Positions 9,759-20,315 of a stretch of DNA of 64,000 bases are shown piece by piece; the first letter of the stretch is position 1, and every line of letters begins with the position of its first letter. Source of the stretch: an uncultured bacterium (lineage in GTDB: Bacteria; Zixibacteria; MSB-5A5; UBA10806). The stretch covers positions 22,056-86,055 of the forward strand of contig CBEUCH010000016.1 of assembly GCA_965541585.1 (NCBI GenBank). The letters are read 5' to 3'. The notes beneath the pieces are model-generated. The model was not told the origin of the DNA and did not search any database. It worked only from the letters and a program-made list of their open reading frames with translations. The position numbers and the translations under genes were made by a program.

Positions 9759-11885
9759 TCAGCCAATCTTCGCATAACGAATCTTGCCTCCCATTCTTTG
9801 TTTCAAAACAACTTTTATCCGACTATTTTCCTCCGCTTTCAAACCCGGATCTTCATCGATCATCTCGAACGCCAGATGCCTGGCCAGCGAGACCAGGTTC
9901 GTGTCTGTCAGGCGGGCCACCCGGAGTTCCGGCAATCCGTGCTGCTTTGTGCCAAAAATTTCCCCCGGGCCTCTTATATCGAGATCGATCTCTGCAATCT
10001 TAAAACCATCGCCGGTGACGGTCAAGGCTTCAATCCTGCGTCTGGCGTCCTCCCCGACCTTCTCCCCGGTCAAAAGAAAACAATAAGATTTCATGCTGGA
10101 TCTTCCCACCCTGCCTCGCAGTTGATGCAACTGGGAAAGACCGAACCTCTCAGCATGCTCGATCACCATAATGGTCGCCGACGGGACGTCCAATCCCACT
10201 TCCACGACTGTGGTGGCCGCCAGGATATCGATCTCCCCACTCTTGAATCTTTTCATGATATTAGCCTTCTCGTCGGCCTTCATGCGGCCATGCAACAACC
10301 CCAAACTGCGATCGGGGAATATCTCGGCTTTCAACTTCTCATAGGCTTCCGTTGCCGCTTTCATGTCCGATTTTTCAGTCTCTTCGACAAGGGGATAGAC
10401 TATGAAAGTGGATTCTCGCTGCCCGGCTTTCTCCCTGATGAAATCATACATACCCTGCCGTTTTTCCTCCGGCACGAACTTAGTCGCAATTGGAAGCCTC
10501 CCCGGGGGCATTTCATCGATTATGGAAACATCGAGATCGCCGTATATGGTCATAGCCAGGGTTCTGGGGATCGGCGTGGCGGTCATCACCAGCATATCCG
10601 GAATTCCTCCTTTAGCCTGAAGGCTGCCTCGCTGAACCACCCCAAAGCGGTGCTGCTCGTCGATAACAATCAGCCCCAATTTTGCAAAATCAACTTTTTT
10701 CTGAATGAGCGCGTGGGTACCGACTATCACGGAAGCCTCGCCGGAGGAAATTGCACCCATCGTTTTCACGCGGGCTCCACCCTTAATTGAACCTGTCAAA
10801 AGAACTGTCTTGATACCGAGCGGCTCCAGAAGCTCCATAACCGAATAATAATGCTGTTCTGCGAGAATCTCGGTGGGAGCCATGATGGCAGTCTGGTAGC
10901 CCGATTCGATGGCGCCCAGCACAGCCAGGAGAGCCACTATGGTTTTGCCACTGCCGACATCGCCCTGAATAAGCCGGTTCATTTGATATTTTGCCTTCAT
11001 ATCCGTGTAGATCTCGTTCAAAACCTTAACCTGGGCGGACGTGAGTTTGAAGCCGAGGTTATCAAGCAACCGTCGACCGTTGGCCCTAGGCGGTTCCAGA
11101 CTGATGCCATCGGTTTTGAGCCGACGGTTCTTGTGACGGCCGGCCATGATCAGCTCCAGATAGAAAAGCTCCTCGAAAGCCAGGCGCTGCCGTCCGGAAT
11201 CGGCCTTCTCTAACGTTTCGGGGAAATGAACCTGGCGGATGGCACGTGTCAGACTAACCAGCCCGTATTTCTGGCGCCATTTATCCGGGATCGTCTCACA
11301 CGGGCTTTCAGCCAGCCTGTCGAGGGCCGGCTTGATTATTCTCCTGAACCCTCTCGAGTGAAGGCCGATATTCTTCAATGACGAATTCTCCGGATAGATG
11401 GGAATCAGGCGGCCGGTGTGGATCGTCTCTTCATCCGCCGAACCGACAATCTCGAACTCCGGATGAGGGAGATACACTCGACCGTACAGGCGGGCCGTTC
11501 CGGAGGCACAGACGACATCCCCGACAGCGAACGCCGTCTCCAGGTAGCGGTATCCGGTAAACCAGACCAGCTCAAATTGATCTCGGTCGCTTTCCAGAAT
11601 CACGACGAAGCGGTTTTTCCGGCCACGTGCAATCCCGGCCGCCGCCACGGTTCCCAGAATGGTTACGGTCATACCCTCGGCTATAGCGTCAAGCGGCGTA
11701 ATAAGCGAACGGTCGAGATATTTCCTCGGCACGTAATAAAAAAGATCGAATACGGTCTTGATACCGTTTTTCTTCAGAATATCGCCCTTTTTAGGGCCCA
11801 CGCCTTTGAGATATTGTATATCGGAGAACAAGAATTCGAATCCAGCCGGGCGTCTTGATGATTTGGAATAGTCCCTTGTGGCCAT
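9759..11885 (-). CDS. recG: ATP-dependent DNA helicase RecG
   Basis: QGDVGSGKT, DEQHRFG, MTATPIPRTL, QLHQLRGRVGR. Confidence 0.97.
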   Translation of the reverse strand: MATRDYSKSSRRPAGFEFLFSDIQYLKGVGPKKGDILKKNGIKTVFDLFYYVPRKYLDRSLITPLDAIAEGMTVTILGTVAAAGIARGRKNRFVVILESDRDQFELVWFTGYRYLETAFAVGDVVCASGTARLYGRVYLPHPEFEIVGSADEETIHTGRLIPIYPENSSLKNIGLHSRGFRRIIKPALDRLAESPCETIPDKWRQKYGLVSLTRAIRQVHFPETLEKADSGRQRLAFEELFYLELIMAGRHKNRRLKTDGISLEPPRANGRRLLDNLGFKLTSAQVKVLNEIYTDMKAKYQMNRLIQGDVGSGKTIVALLAVLGAIESGYQTAIMAPTEILAEQHYYSVMELLEPLGIKTVLLTGSIKGGARVKTMGAISSGEASVIVGTHALIQKKVDFAKLGLIVIDEQHRFGVVQRGSLQAKGGIPDMLVMTATPIPRTLAMTIYGDLDVSIIDEMPPGRLPIATKFVPEEKRQGMYDFIREKAGQRESTFIVYPLVEETEKSDMKAATEAYEKLKAEIFPDRSLGLLHGRMKADEKANIMKRFKSGEIDILAATTVVEVGLDVPSATIMVIEHAERFGLSQLHQLRGRVGRSSMKSYCFLLTGEKVGEDARRRIEALTVTGDGFKIAEIDLDIRGPGEIFGTKQHGLPELRVARLTDTNLVSLARHLAFEMIDEDPGLKAEENSRIKVVLKQRMGGKIRYAKIG

Positions 11886-12026
11886 GGAGGTTATCTTAAA
11901 GACGCACTATATCAAAGTCAAGCCACATCGCTACCAAAGGCGCATGAGGTCGGAATTGAAATAGTTGGCTAAAGATCTTGCTATCTTGCCGAAAATATAT
12001 ATATTGCTGCAAATCTGGAGGGTTCG

Positions 12027-12215
12027 ATGGCTCAACGATGTGAAATATGCGGGAAAAAACCGGGCTTTGGCAATACGGTCAGCCATGCACACAATATCAG
12101 CAAACGGCGTTTCAATGTAAACCTAAAGACCGTCAACGCCCGGGTCAACGGCCGGCCCAAAAGGATCAAGGTCTGCACCAGTTGCCTGAAGGCCGGCAAG
12201 GTAATGAAAAGGTAA
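12027..12215 (+). CDS. rpmB: 50S ribosomal protein L28 (Cys-containing form)
   Basis: CEICGK...GNTVSHA...RRFNVNL...VCTSCLK. Confidence 0.97.
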   Translation: MAQRCEICGKKPGFGNTVSHAHNISKRRFNVNLKTVNARVNGRPKRIKVCTSCLKAGKVMKR

Positions 12216-12249
12216 TGAAGTAGTTACCGGCGAAAAGAAAAGCTTGCAC

Positions 12250-12276
12250 ACCCGTCGATGATCCGGCGGGTTTTTT
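12250..12276 (+). terminator. Rho-independent terminator after rpmB
   Basis: ACCCGTCG-ATGATC-CGGCGGGT followed by a T tract. Confidence 0.8.
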
Positions 12277-12351
12277 GTTTACAGATGGTCGATCGTGTCT
12301 GGATTTGCGGCTTAGTCTCGCTTTTCCGAGCCGACGAAGGTTATATTTGTC

Positions 12352-13920
12352 TTATGAAAAACCTACTTTGAATCCCTGTCTAAATCTTGTGAATATAACC
12401 GACTTCAGGGATAACGACTCGCCGATTCTTAATTTTTTCAGATCTTCTAAAGACCATTTATTTGTTTCCCTGTTGTAATTGGGTGTTTCCATAACGAAAT
12501 CAACATCCCTGGCCTTGACATAACCTATATGGTCATAATTTCCACGCGCATCGATAAAATTCAACAACATAGCATCGACCCGGCCATCCAGTGAACGTAT
12601 TACGAATCTCTGATCCAGCCGGTAACGGATCTGGACCTCCTGATAGGCGAGAGAAACGGGTAGTTTCGATGGTCTGCCCAGTTCATCGAACATCCGGTCG
12701 CTAAATTCCCGTCGCGCCTCCGGCGCTTCCATCGCTCTCCATAGCCCTCCGGACGGGTAATTACTGCCGGATTTATACCTTAAGTATACTTCTCCGGAGA
12801 AAAGCACACCCAGGAGAACCAGGGAGGCTGCAAAAAGGGCAGTCCTGGTTCTCCGCCCCGTATTGAGGTTTTCCGATACCGATTTCGCTCCCAGTCCCGA
12901 AAACAAAGTCATGATCGGGATCATAAATATAATATATCTGGAAAGGTGGTGGGCCCCCAATATGCTACTGTAAAGAATGAAAAAAACAGCTACGACGGCA
13001 GCGGGATAGGCGAAGTAGATTAAAGAGGGATCACCTGAACGTCTTCTTGAGAGCAGAATCCGAAAACCTAAGAGCATGCTGATAGTTAAAGGAAAATAAT
13101 ATATCAGGTATTTGGCAAATTTGAGATTTACCGGTAGAAAGCCGATTTGAAATGACTCCTGGCCGCTTATTCCCGACCGGGCCATGCCCGATGTCGGCAA
13201 GAGCTGGCCGGTCTCATAATAAAGCAGACCGAAATATATGGCGCTGGAAAGCAGAAACGGCGCCAGGGCCGTTATTATATTTTTGAGGGAGATGAGCACA
13301 GATCTTTTCGAACCAACAGAGGACCGCAGCGACCGTAGAGCCTTAAAACCGAAAGCAAGTATTGCTACAACGAAACCCTCTGGCCTGATCCAGCATAATA
13401 TTCCCAATAATAGCCCCAGGAATAGATTTCTATTTATATCGCTGTCAGCCGGGGCGAGCCAATCCCATTTGACCGCCAGAAAAAGCCAGAACAAAAACAG
13501 GGCTGCGAAAATACCGTTTTCCATCCCCGTGGTGGCGTTATAAACGGCGCCCGGCATGACGGATATTATCAACGTCACCATCCAGGCCCAGAATTCACTG
13601 CCGATCAGTTTACTCGATAAAACAAATGCCAGATATAACAACAGATACCAGCAGAGGATATTGAGAATTTTAGCAGCCAGCGGGACAATTGACTCAGGGA
13701 GTATCTTGAAGAATAATGTCAGGATAAACATATATCCGGGACTTGTAACGCCGGCCGATTTTTCGCCCGCATTAAACTCGAATAGATGACCTGCAGCGGC
13801 GTTCCCGGCGTAAACCAGGTGAATCTCGGCATCCCCCGAATACATGGAAAAATAGAAAAGGGGATGTACTATCATAATTATGATCAAAATTAATTTCAAA
13901 ATTCCAGCCCGTTTTTTCAT
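12352..13920 (-). CDS. Polytopic membrane protein, probable GT-C fold glycosyltransferase
   Basis: Many TM helices; GDAEIHLVYAGN, FNAGE..G.TSP, GMEN, RPEG, RY motifs typical of GT-C-like transferases. Confidence 0.65.
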   Translation of the reverse strand: MKKRAGILKLILIIIMIVHPLFYFSMYSGDAEIHLVYAGNAAAGHLFEFNAGEKSAGVTSPGYMFILTLFFKILPESIVPLAAKILNILCWYLLLYLAFVLSSKLIGSEFWAWMVTLIISVMPGAVYNATTGMENGIFAALFLFWLFLAVKWDWLAPADSDINRNLFLGLLLGILCWIRPEGFVVAILAFGFKALRSLRSSVGSKRSVLISLKNIITALAPFLLSSAIYFGLLYYETGQLLPTSGMARSGISGQESFQIGFLPVNLKFAKYLIYYFPLTISMLLGFRILLSRRRSGDPSLIYFAYPAAVVAVFFILYSSILGAHHLSRYIIFMIPIMTLFSGLGAKSVSENLNTGRRTRTALFAASLVLLGVLFSGEVYLRYKSGSNYPSGGLWRAMEAPEARREFSDRMFDELGRPSKLPVSLAYQEVQIRYRLDQRFVIRSLDGRVDAMLLNFIDARGNYDHIGYVKARDVDFVMETPNYNRETNKWSLEDLKKLRIGESLSLKSVIFTRFRQGFKVGFS

Positions 13921-13938
13921 TGATACATTTCCGGGACG

Positions 13939-15444
13939 CTATTTAATGGCGGCTTTTTCGAGGTTATTGCATTGATCTTTCTTGAAACTCAAAACGACTC
14001 CTGCCAGAGCCCAGTATGCCAGACCGGACGAACCCGAAAACGGCAAATTGACCAGTCCGCACAGCCAGAAGCCAACCGTCCCGGCTATCATTGCACATCC
14101 GAACAAGCGAGCCATACTACGTCGAGCGCTCCGCAGTCGACGGGCGTCACGAAAAACCGATATAAGCAAGAGTAGAAAAATCACCCCCCCGGCTATCCCG
14201 GTTTCGAGTGTTTTCTGCAGCAGTTCGTTATGGGGTTTCACATAGAGCTCTTTTTCTTTTGACACACCTTGTGCGCGCGAGCCACTGCCGTGCCCGATCC
14301 CGATTCCCATTGGATGCGACCGCACTATATCAAGCGCCGGAGCCCATATATGTTCGGCTCGTTCGCTAACGGAACTTGCTTTAAGAGGATTAGTCAATTC
14401 GGCCAGCCGGATAAATTTCGGTATCTTTGTATCTTTAAGATAAGGACCAGCCGCTGTGAGGGTTGCAAATATGACGACCGCCGTGGCGGCGATCCAGAAA
14501 ACCAACCTTTTCCGATTCCGGCTGCTTCTCAAATAATAGACAATTGCCAGCGAAACCAACGACATCATTATCGGCATCCTCTCCAGCGTTAACAGCAGGA
14601 TGGCAGACCAGAGGATGAAATAGCCCGTCCGTAACTTAAACCATCCTCCGCGGAATACACGGTTGCAGGCAAGGACTAATGAGAATATCAGCGCATTGGT
14701 GAAGGTAAAATCCATATAGCCATAAAAGAGAGAAAATACTCGCAATTCGAGCCCTCTCTCACCTATTGTCAACCAACCCTCGGAACTCTCATTGAATGCG
14801 ACTCCTGACAGCCAGTCTTTCTCCCATGGATAGTATCCGAGAATATGTTGTCCCAGTCCATAGAGGCATGAAACCACCCCGAGAATAAGCATCGCTTTGA
14901 GAATTTTCACAGCATCGGATTCACCGGAGAACACATTCGCCATTAAAAATAATATCATCATATTCGGAAGAATATTCCTTTCAAATCCACCGAAGCCTAC
15001 AAGGACAGAGTTTGTAGGAAAGAATATCGAAAGGAAACCCAGCCCGGCGAATAGTATCATCAGGATCCTCGTCTTATCGGGACAGATTCTCTCTCCCTGT
15101 GTCAGTCGCAAATAGAAATCTGACAGTATTAGCCCGGCGAGAAGTAGAGCCGGAGCAATCCCTAACAAGTCGAAACCCGCTGCCCCGGTTAACCTATAGT
15201 CTATTCCATAAGATATCCTCAGGAAGAAAGGTTTCGTGAAAAAGAAGATCAATGCCAGAATTACGCCGGTTGATCGGTTGTATATCCACGTTGTCAAAAC
15301 GATAAAAGAGATAACGACAGCAATCGATTGATTGAGAGTTATTCCCTTGAAGATGACCAGGCTCGTGATAAACGCCGAAAGTATGGCCAGAATCGAAACA
15401 GGCAACAGGCTGAAATGCATCGACCTGGAGTTTATGCTATCCAT
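13939..15444 (-). CDS. O-antigen ligase/polymerase (Wzy_C) family protein
   Basis: Many TM helices; ER...W...HPMGIGIG and PHNELLQKTLETGIAG. Confidence 0.8.
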   Translation of the reverse strand: MDSINSRSMHFSLLPVSILAILSAFITSLVIFKGITLNQSIAVVISFIVLTTWIYNRSTGVILALIFFFTKPFFLRISYGIDYRLTGAAGFDLLGIAPALLLAGLILSDFYLRLTQGERICPDKTRILMILFAGLGFLSIFFPTNSVLVGFGGFERNILPNMMILFLMANVFSGESDAVKILKAMLILGVVSCLYGLGQHILGYYPWEKDWLSGVAFNESSEGWLTIGERGLELRVFSLFYGYMDFTFTNALIFSLVLACNRVFRGGWFKLRTGYFILWSAILLLTLERMPIMMSLVSLAIVYYLRSSRNRKRLVFWIAATAVVIFATLTAAGPYLKDTKIPKFIRLAELTNPLKASSVSERAEHIWAPALDIVRSHPMGIGIGHGSGSRAQGVSKEKELYVKPHNELLQKTLETGIAGGVIFLLLLISVFRDARRLRSARRSMARLFGCAMIAGTVGFWLCGLVNLPFSGSSGLAYWALAGVVLSFKKDQCNNLEKAAIK

Positions 15445-15449
15445 TTTTT

Positions 15450-16565
15450 CTAGTCTTCGAGGTTCTTATCCGACCTGGAATTCTTCTGCTCGGATACGCA
15501 GGGAATCCCTGCAACACGTTCCACAAGACGCTCTTCCAGCTTGTTCAGCCGGACGCCGGGCGATGTGATTACTCTATCGATGTTCCGTTTGATTTGACGT
15601 TTATAAGAGAGATCGAGCCAGAGGCTGAGTAACACCGAGCAAACAAGCGATCCGAAAAACGCTGCCATGAGAATTACGCTTCGCCGGGGCGATGATTTAA
15701 CCAGGGGCACTGCGCCAGTATCAAGCACCTGTACGATTGGAACATCTCTCGCCGCCTCCAGCCTGGCCAGTTCGTGTTGCTGGTTTAGCGAAATGTACAG
15801 TGCGGCCTTGAGCTCGATATTCCTTTGCAGGCGGGATAAGAGCAGCTGAAGCCCGGGATCGTCGGATCTTAAGTAATTCATATTCTTTTCTCTGAAAGAT
15901 CTAAGCGTGTCCTCTGCCTGCTGAAGCTCACGGCTAACCTCGGCCAATCTTCTTGAAATGAATTTCTCGTTGTCCGCCGCTCTGGATCGGCGATGGTGGA
16001 CATTGTAATAATCGAGCTCTTCGAGGTAGGCACGAACTACGGCCGCCGACAGCTCCGGATATCTTGTAGTTGCAGAGAGCAATACGATCCCGGTCCGCAT
16101 ATCAGTATCGATCTCGATCAGCTCTTTTAGTCCTTGCAAACCATAGTCTATGTTCGCAGCGTCAAGGTATTCCTGCAGACTCATTGATCTGTTCTGATTC
16201 TTATGCATGAATGAAAAATTGCGTTTTAAAATCCTCTCCGATATGAGCCTGCTGGAAAGTATCTTCGGGTAAAGCGCGGATGAATTTTCGGGGGCCTGAG
16301 CCAGGACACCCAGATCCAATTCATCCAACGATCCGGCCGCAAGGTTCTTAAGTTCTGACATTCTATTAGTCTCCCCAGATGGCAAAATAGAAGCCGAGGA
16401 GGTATACATGTTATTTGCTATGACACTGTATACTATCGCTACCAGAACCGAGGAGGCGACTATTACATAAGTCAGCTTCCGATATCTCAAAATCGGCAGT
16501 ACAAACGATCCCCAGAATGGCGGCAGATTTTCGCCGGCAGATTTTTTCAGTTCGATTCGATCCAT
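15450..16565 (-). CDS. Wzz/GNVR polysaccharide co-polymerase (chain-length determinant)
   Basis: N-terminal TM, YTSSASILP, coiled coil, VQVLDTGAVPLVKSSPRR, then a second TM. Confidence 0.85.
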   Translation of the reverse strand: MDRIELKKSAGENLPPFWGSFVLPILRYRKLTYVIVASSVLVAIVYSVIANNMYTSSASILPSGETNRMSELKNLAAGSLDELDLGVLAQAPENSSALYPKILSSRLISERILKRNFSFMHKNQNRSMSLQEYLDAANIDYGLQGLKELIEIDTDMRTGIVLLSATTRYPELSAAVVRAYLEELDYYNVHHRRSRAADNEKFISRRLAEVSRELQQAEDTLRSFREKNMNYLRSDDPGLQLLLSRLQRNIELKAALYISLNQQHELARLEAARDVPIVQVLDTGAVPLVKSSPRRSVILMAAFFGSLVCSVLLSLWLDLSYKRQIKRNIDRVITSPGVRLNKLEERLVERVAGIPCVSEQKNSRSDKNLED

Positions 16566-16596
16566 AGATACATATCCTCCCCGGTATCAACACCAC

Positions 16597-16611
16597 TCAA
16601 AAACTCTGCCA
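16597..16611 (-). promoter_or_regulatory. Possible sigma54 (-24/-12) promoter for the wzz cluster
   Basis: TGGCAGA-GTTT-TTGA; correct spacing but imperfect -12. Confidence 0.35.
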
Positions 16612-16749
16612 TGTCGCGGTTTTGATAACCTGTTGCCACACAACGAGATTTCCTATAGGGCCACAGAGCTAATTGGAAAGCTTTTCCTCGTCCATGGAAC
16701 TTATTGCCATGGCTTTGGAATGAGATCCGGACCAAGGGTAATCCGGAGA

Positions 16750-16769
16750 CTGACATCTACCTGTGTCAG
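16750..16769. promoter_or_regulatory. Inverted repeat, candidate activator-binding site
   Basis: CTGACA-N8-TGTCAG between divergent genes. Confidence 0.4.
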
Positions 16770-16853
16770 CGCTGCCGCACCGATAAGCCGAATGACACAC
16801 TTCGGGCTCCATTGAATTTTCATAATCTATTGAATCATATGGTATTAGCTGAA

Positions 16854-16868
16854 TGGCACGGCCTTTGT
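16854..16868 (+). promoter_or_regulatory. Possible sigma54 (-24/-12) promoter
   Basis: TGGCACG-GCCT-TTGT, close to the TGGCACG-N4-TTGC consensus. Confidence 0.5.
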
Positions 16869-16919
16869 TTTAAGTATTGGCGAGTCTTGAAAACCAAATA
16901 ACTAAACATGGGAGGAGCC

Positions 16920-18017
16920 ATGAGAAATCAAGGATCAATTGTAGCAATCATCGTCGTCTGCGTGGTTGGCTTGGCGGTCGTTCTGGTAGGAAGCCTTGCC
17001 ACCAGGCCGACGATCGTCGAGACACAGGCCATCGCAGGGGATCTGGCCAAGTCCGAGGCGGTGGCAACGCAGGTTTCTGAACTTCCGGCGGAATATCATT
17101 CGGTGGTCAGCACCGTTCTGGTGGACGAGGGCAGGCTTGTAATAGGCGCCGGTGATGGCATCTATATCTGGCCCGGCCTGGACGATGGATTCGAACCGGA
17201 GAAAAGAGAACCGGGAGTCGAGCTTAAGCATCTGAATGCTATCCTGCCTATTGACGATCACCGCTATGTCGCCGGCGACGGTCTCTACCTGCTCGACGAC
17301 AACTATTCCATGCTGCTCGAAGCTTATGATTTCGGCAGCCGGGTGTATGCCCTGATGGAATTCGGCGAGGGAATTCTTATCGGCACCGAACTGGGGCTCT
17401 GGTATCATAGCGATCTTCCAATCGAGGAAGAGAGCGCCCCCGACACGCTTTTGAAGGACGGTATCATTGTTCCAGCGCTGGTGGAGGATCGCGGCGGGCT
17501 CTGGGTCGGTACCCACGGTGATGGGCTCTATCGTTTCGATGGTCAGAACTGGCAGGAGAGATTCTTAAAGCGCGATACGTTGATGTTCGATTTTGTAAAC
17601 GCCCTGGAGTATTCCTACCCGTTTCTCTGGGTCGGCACAGACGAGGCCATCTTCCGCTATGACGGCGGAAAGTGGGCGCAGATGTTCGTCAGCGACTCAT
17701 CGGAGACCTACGACGTAACCTGTATCATGACCACGCCGGCGGCCACTTATATCGGCACCGACGCGGGGTTGTTGAGATACGCGCAGGATGACCTTACCAC
17801 CGATGAGTTCTTCGAGGGTTCGGAGATCGTCGGGCTCTGCAGAAGTGAAAAAGGTGTGATCGTGGCCACGAGGGAGGATGGAATTTTCACCTACCAGGGA
17901 AAGGAGGAGATGGTTTCGCCGGAACAGCTTACTCCGCACATATTTGCTGCGGACAAGAAAAACGAGATCATAGCCGGAACATTACCCGAGGCCATCGCCG
18001 AGGGAACCGATTATTGA
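16920..18017 (+). CDS. Membrane-anchored beta-propeller protein (regulator-propeller-like)
   Basis: N-terminal TM; repeats LWVGTHGDGLYRFDG and LWVGTDEAIFRYDG; start placed at ATG 16920 after GGAGG. Confidence 0.7.
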   Translation: MRNQGSIVAIIVVCVVGLAVVLVGSLATRPTIVETQAIAGDLAKSEAVATQVSELPAEYHSVVSTVLVDEGRLVIGAGDGIYIWPGLDDGFEPEKREPGVELKHLNAILPIDDHRYVAGDGLYLLDDNYSMLLEAYDFGSRVYALMEFGEGILIGTELGLWYHSDLPIEEESAPDTLLKDGIIVPALVEDRGGLWVGTHGDGLYRFDGQNWQERFLKRDTLMFDFVNALEYSYPFLWVGTDEAIFRYDGGKWAQMFVSDSSETYDVTCIMTTPAATYIGTDAGLLRYAQDDLTTDEFFEGSEIVGLCRSEKGVIVATREDGIFTYQGKEEMVSPEQLTPHIFAADKKNEIIAGTLPEAIAEGTDY

Positions 18018-18070
18018 ACCTAAAACGCGGTCGGATCTGAAAATCCGGCTGTCGACTCGCGGCCACCTGT

Positions 18071-18102
18071 AGGGGCGAAGACAATTCGCCCCTCTTTTTT
18101 TT
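18071..18102 (+). terminator. Rho-independent terminator
   Basis: AGGGGCGAA-GACAA-TTCGCCCCT-C-T8. Confidence 0.9.
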
Positions 18103-18121
18103 AGCATACTTGCGAAATATA

Positions 18122-18150
18122 TTGACTATGTGGCGCGGGGTATCTATATT
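18122..18150 (+). promoter_or_regulatory. sigma70-type promoter for the LVIVD gene plus paralog array
   Basis: TTGACT-17 nt-TATATT, with an overlapping TATAAT at 18150. Confidence 0.7.
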
Positions 18151-18209
18151 ATAATTTGGTTTATTAACATCTCTGCTGCGGTGGTATCAGCGGTCTATAG
18201 GAGGCGAAT

Positions 18210-20315
18210 ATGAGAGCCTTAAGAGTTATAATAACTGCACTAACGCTGCTCATGTCGGCGTTGGCGTGGGGCCAGGATGTAGAATATCTGGAATCGACCT
18301 TATGGGCTGGAATCACCGACGTCAAAGTCGTAGATAATTATGCTTACTGCAGCTTTAGAAATGGATTGAAGATAATAGATATCACGGATAGGACGCATCC
18401 GGTCTTGACCAGCAAACTATTTTTCTTAGGAGAAGGACAGACGATCGATATCAAGGGTGATCAGCTCTTCATGGCTGATGGTAGCGGTGGTTTACAAATA
18501 ATAGATATCTCAAATCCTGAGTTTCCTGCACTCATGAGCAATCTTGGTACACCTGATACCTTATATGACGCATTTATCGAAGGAAATTATGCATACCTTG
18601 CTGTAGATGATTCTGGATTATATATCGCTGACATATCCGATCCCCTTAATCCGATTCTCGTGGGGAGTGAAGACTCTCCAATAGATGCCCGGGGTGTTTT
18701 TGTTTCAGGAGACCACGCCTATGTAGCCGATCTTTTTCGCGGCATGAAAATATACAGAATCACAGATCCAGCCAATCCAATATTGGAGGCCGCTTTTGAT
18801 TATCAGTGCTACGTTAAGAATCTAACTGTATCAGGTCATCACGCTTATCTTGCCGCCGGGGCCAGCCTGTTAATAGTTGACATCACGACTCCCCTGGAAC
18901 CTGTTCTTGTATCATCCTTTTCTACTTTACCCAATCATTGCGAAGGGGTTTATGTCAGGGGGAATTATGCCTACCTTGCCGTCAGCAGTTTATTCCAGGT
19001 AATCGACATTTCTGATCCCACCAGCCCGTTCGAGGTAGGCTCATATGAAATGTGGGGACCGGCAATGGACGTTTTCGTCCAGGACGATCAAGCATACGTG
19101 GTTGATCGTGATTATGGTCTTTTGACATTAAATATTGAAGATCCATTCAATCCTATTCAGATCGGATATTACATCACAAAAGGAAAGCCGATTTGCGTTT
19201 TCACTGTTAATGATTACGCCTATGTGGCCGCTGACCGATTCGGTTTGCATATTATAGACATTGCTGATCCGGCTAACCCCTCTTTGCGCGGGTCGCTCCA
19301 AACAGGCCGGTGGTATCATGATATTTTTGTTCTTAATAGCTATTCTTATATTTCCGTGGGAGAATTGTTACAAATAGTGGATGTCTCGGATACTGAAAAT
19401 CCATTTCTTGCAGGGGAATACGAGATAGAAAATTATTTTTATATATCGAGTGTTTTTGTGGCCGGTCAATATGCCTACCTGGCCGTAGATGAGTTTGGAT
19501 TGGAGATTGTCGATATAAGTCACCCGGAATACCCTGATCTCATAGGAAGTTATAATACATGGAGTTTCCCCTACTCCATTTTTGTCAGCGGGAATTATGC
19601 ATACATGGTTGGTGAGTTCGGCCTTGAGATATTCGATGTCTCAGATCCATCTGACCCGTTGTTAGTGGGGAGTAGCAATCTCGGATGGGCAAGTGCTGTC
19701 TTTGTTAGCGGCTCCTATGCCTATATAGGAGGCTCCAATCAGCTGGTAATATTGGATGTCATTGATCCTTTCAACCCTACACTCGTTAGTGCTTGTGATG
19801 CTCGAGGTTTCGTCCTGGACGTTTTCGTGGAAGGCCACTATGCTTATTTGGCAGTTTACGGATTTGGTGTTCAAATCATAGATATCTCAGATCCAGCCGA
19901 TCCTTCTTTGATCGCAAATCATGGTACTCCGGGTAATGCGCCCAAAGCGCATGTTGTTGACAATCATATATACGTGGCCGACGTTTTCTCCATGATTATT
20001 TTGCGTTTCGACCCTCAAACAGGAATTACGGAGGAAGTTTCAGCCGCTTCCAGATCTTTCTCCCTTTCCCAAAACTACCCCAACCCCTTCAATGCCAAGA
20101 CCACAATCAAATATAGCCTGCCGGAAGCGAGGGAGGTTACAATCGAAATTTTCGACATCCTGGGACGGAAGGTTGAGACGCTGGTTCAAGAAAAACAGGC
20201 TGCCGGCTATCATCAGGTGGTCTGGGATGCTGAGAATCAGCCGTCAGGAGTCTATTTCTATTGGATAAAAGCCGGAGAATATAAGGAATCGAGGAGCTGT
20301 TTGCTTCTGAAATAG
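18210..20315 (+). CDS. LVIVD-repeat beta-propeller protein with T9SS-type CTD
   Basis: Signal peptide; many V.GNYAY.A...GL.IIDISDP..P repeats; QNYPNPFN...SCLLLK tail. Confidence 0.9.
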   Translation: MRALRVIITALTLLMSALAWGQDVEYLESTLWAGITDVKVVDNYAYCSFRNGLKIIDITDRTHPVLTSKLFFLGEGQTIDIKGDQLFMADGSGGLQIIDISNPEFPALMSNLGTPDTLYDAFIEGNYAYLAVDDSGLYIADISDPLNPILVGSEDSPIDARGVFVSGDHAYVADLFRGMKIYRITDPANPILEAAFDYQCYVKNLTVSGHHAYLAAGASLLIVDITTPLEPVLVSSFSTLPNHCEGVYVRGNYAYLAVSSLFQVIDISDPTSPFEVGSYEMWGPAMDVFVQDDQAYVVDRDYGLLTLNIEDPFNPIQIGYYITKGKPICVFTVNDYAYVAADRFGLHIIDIADPANPSLRGSLQTGRWYHDIFVLNSYSYISVGELLQIVDVSDTENPFLAGEYEIENYFYISSVFVAGQYAYLAVDEFGLEIVDISHPEYPDLIGSYNTWSFPYSIFVSGNYAYMVGEFGLEIFDVSDPSDPLLVGSSNLGWASAVFVSGSYAYIGGSNQLVILDVIDPFNPTLVSACDARGFVLDVFVEGHYAYLAVYGFGVQIIDISDPADPSLIANHGTPGNAPKAHVVDNHIYVADVFSMIILRFDPQTGITEEVSAASRSFSLSQNYPNPFNAKTTIKYSLPEAREVTIEIFDILGRKVETLVQEKQAAGYHQVVWDAENQPSGVYFYWIKAGEYKESRSCLLLK

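Noticed and set aside
9579..10790. 403-aa plus-strand ORF
   Set aside because: Antisense shadow of recG with no recognisable motifs.
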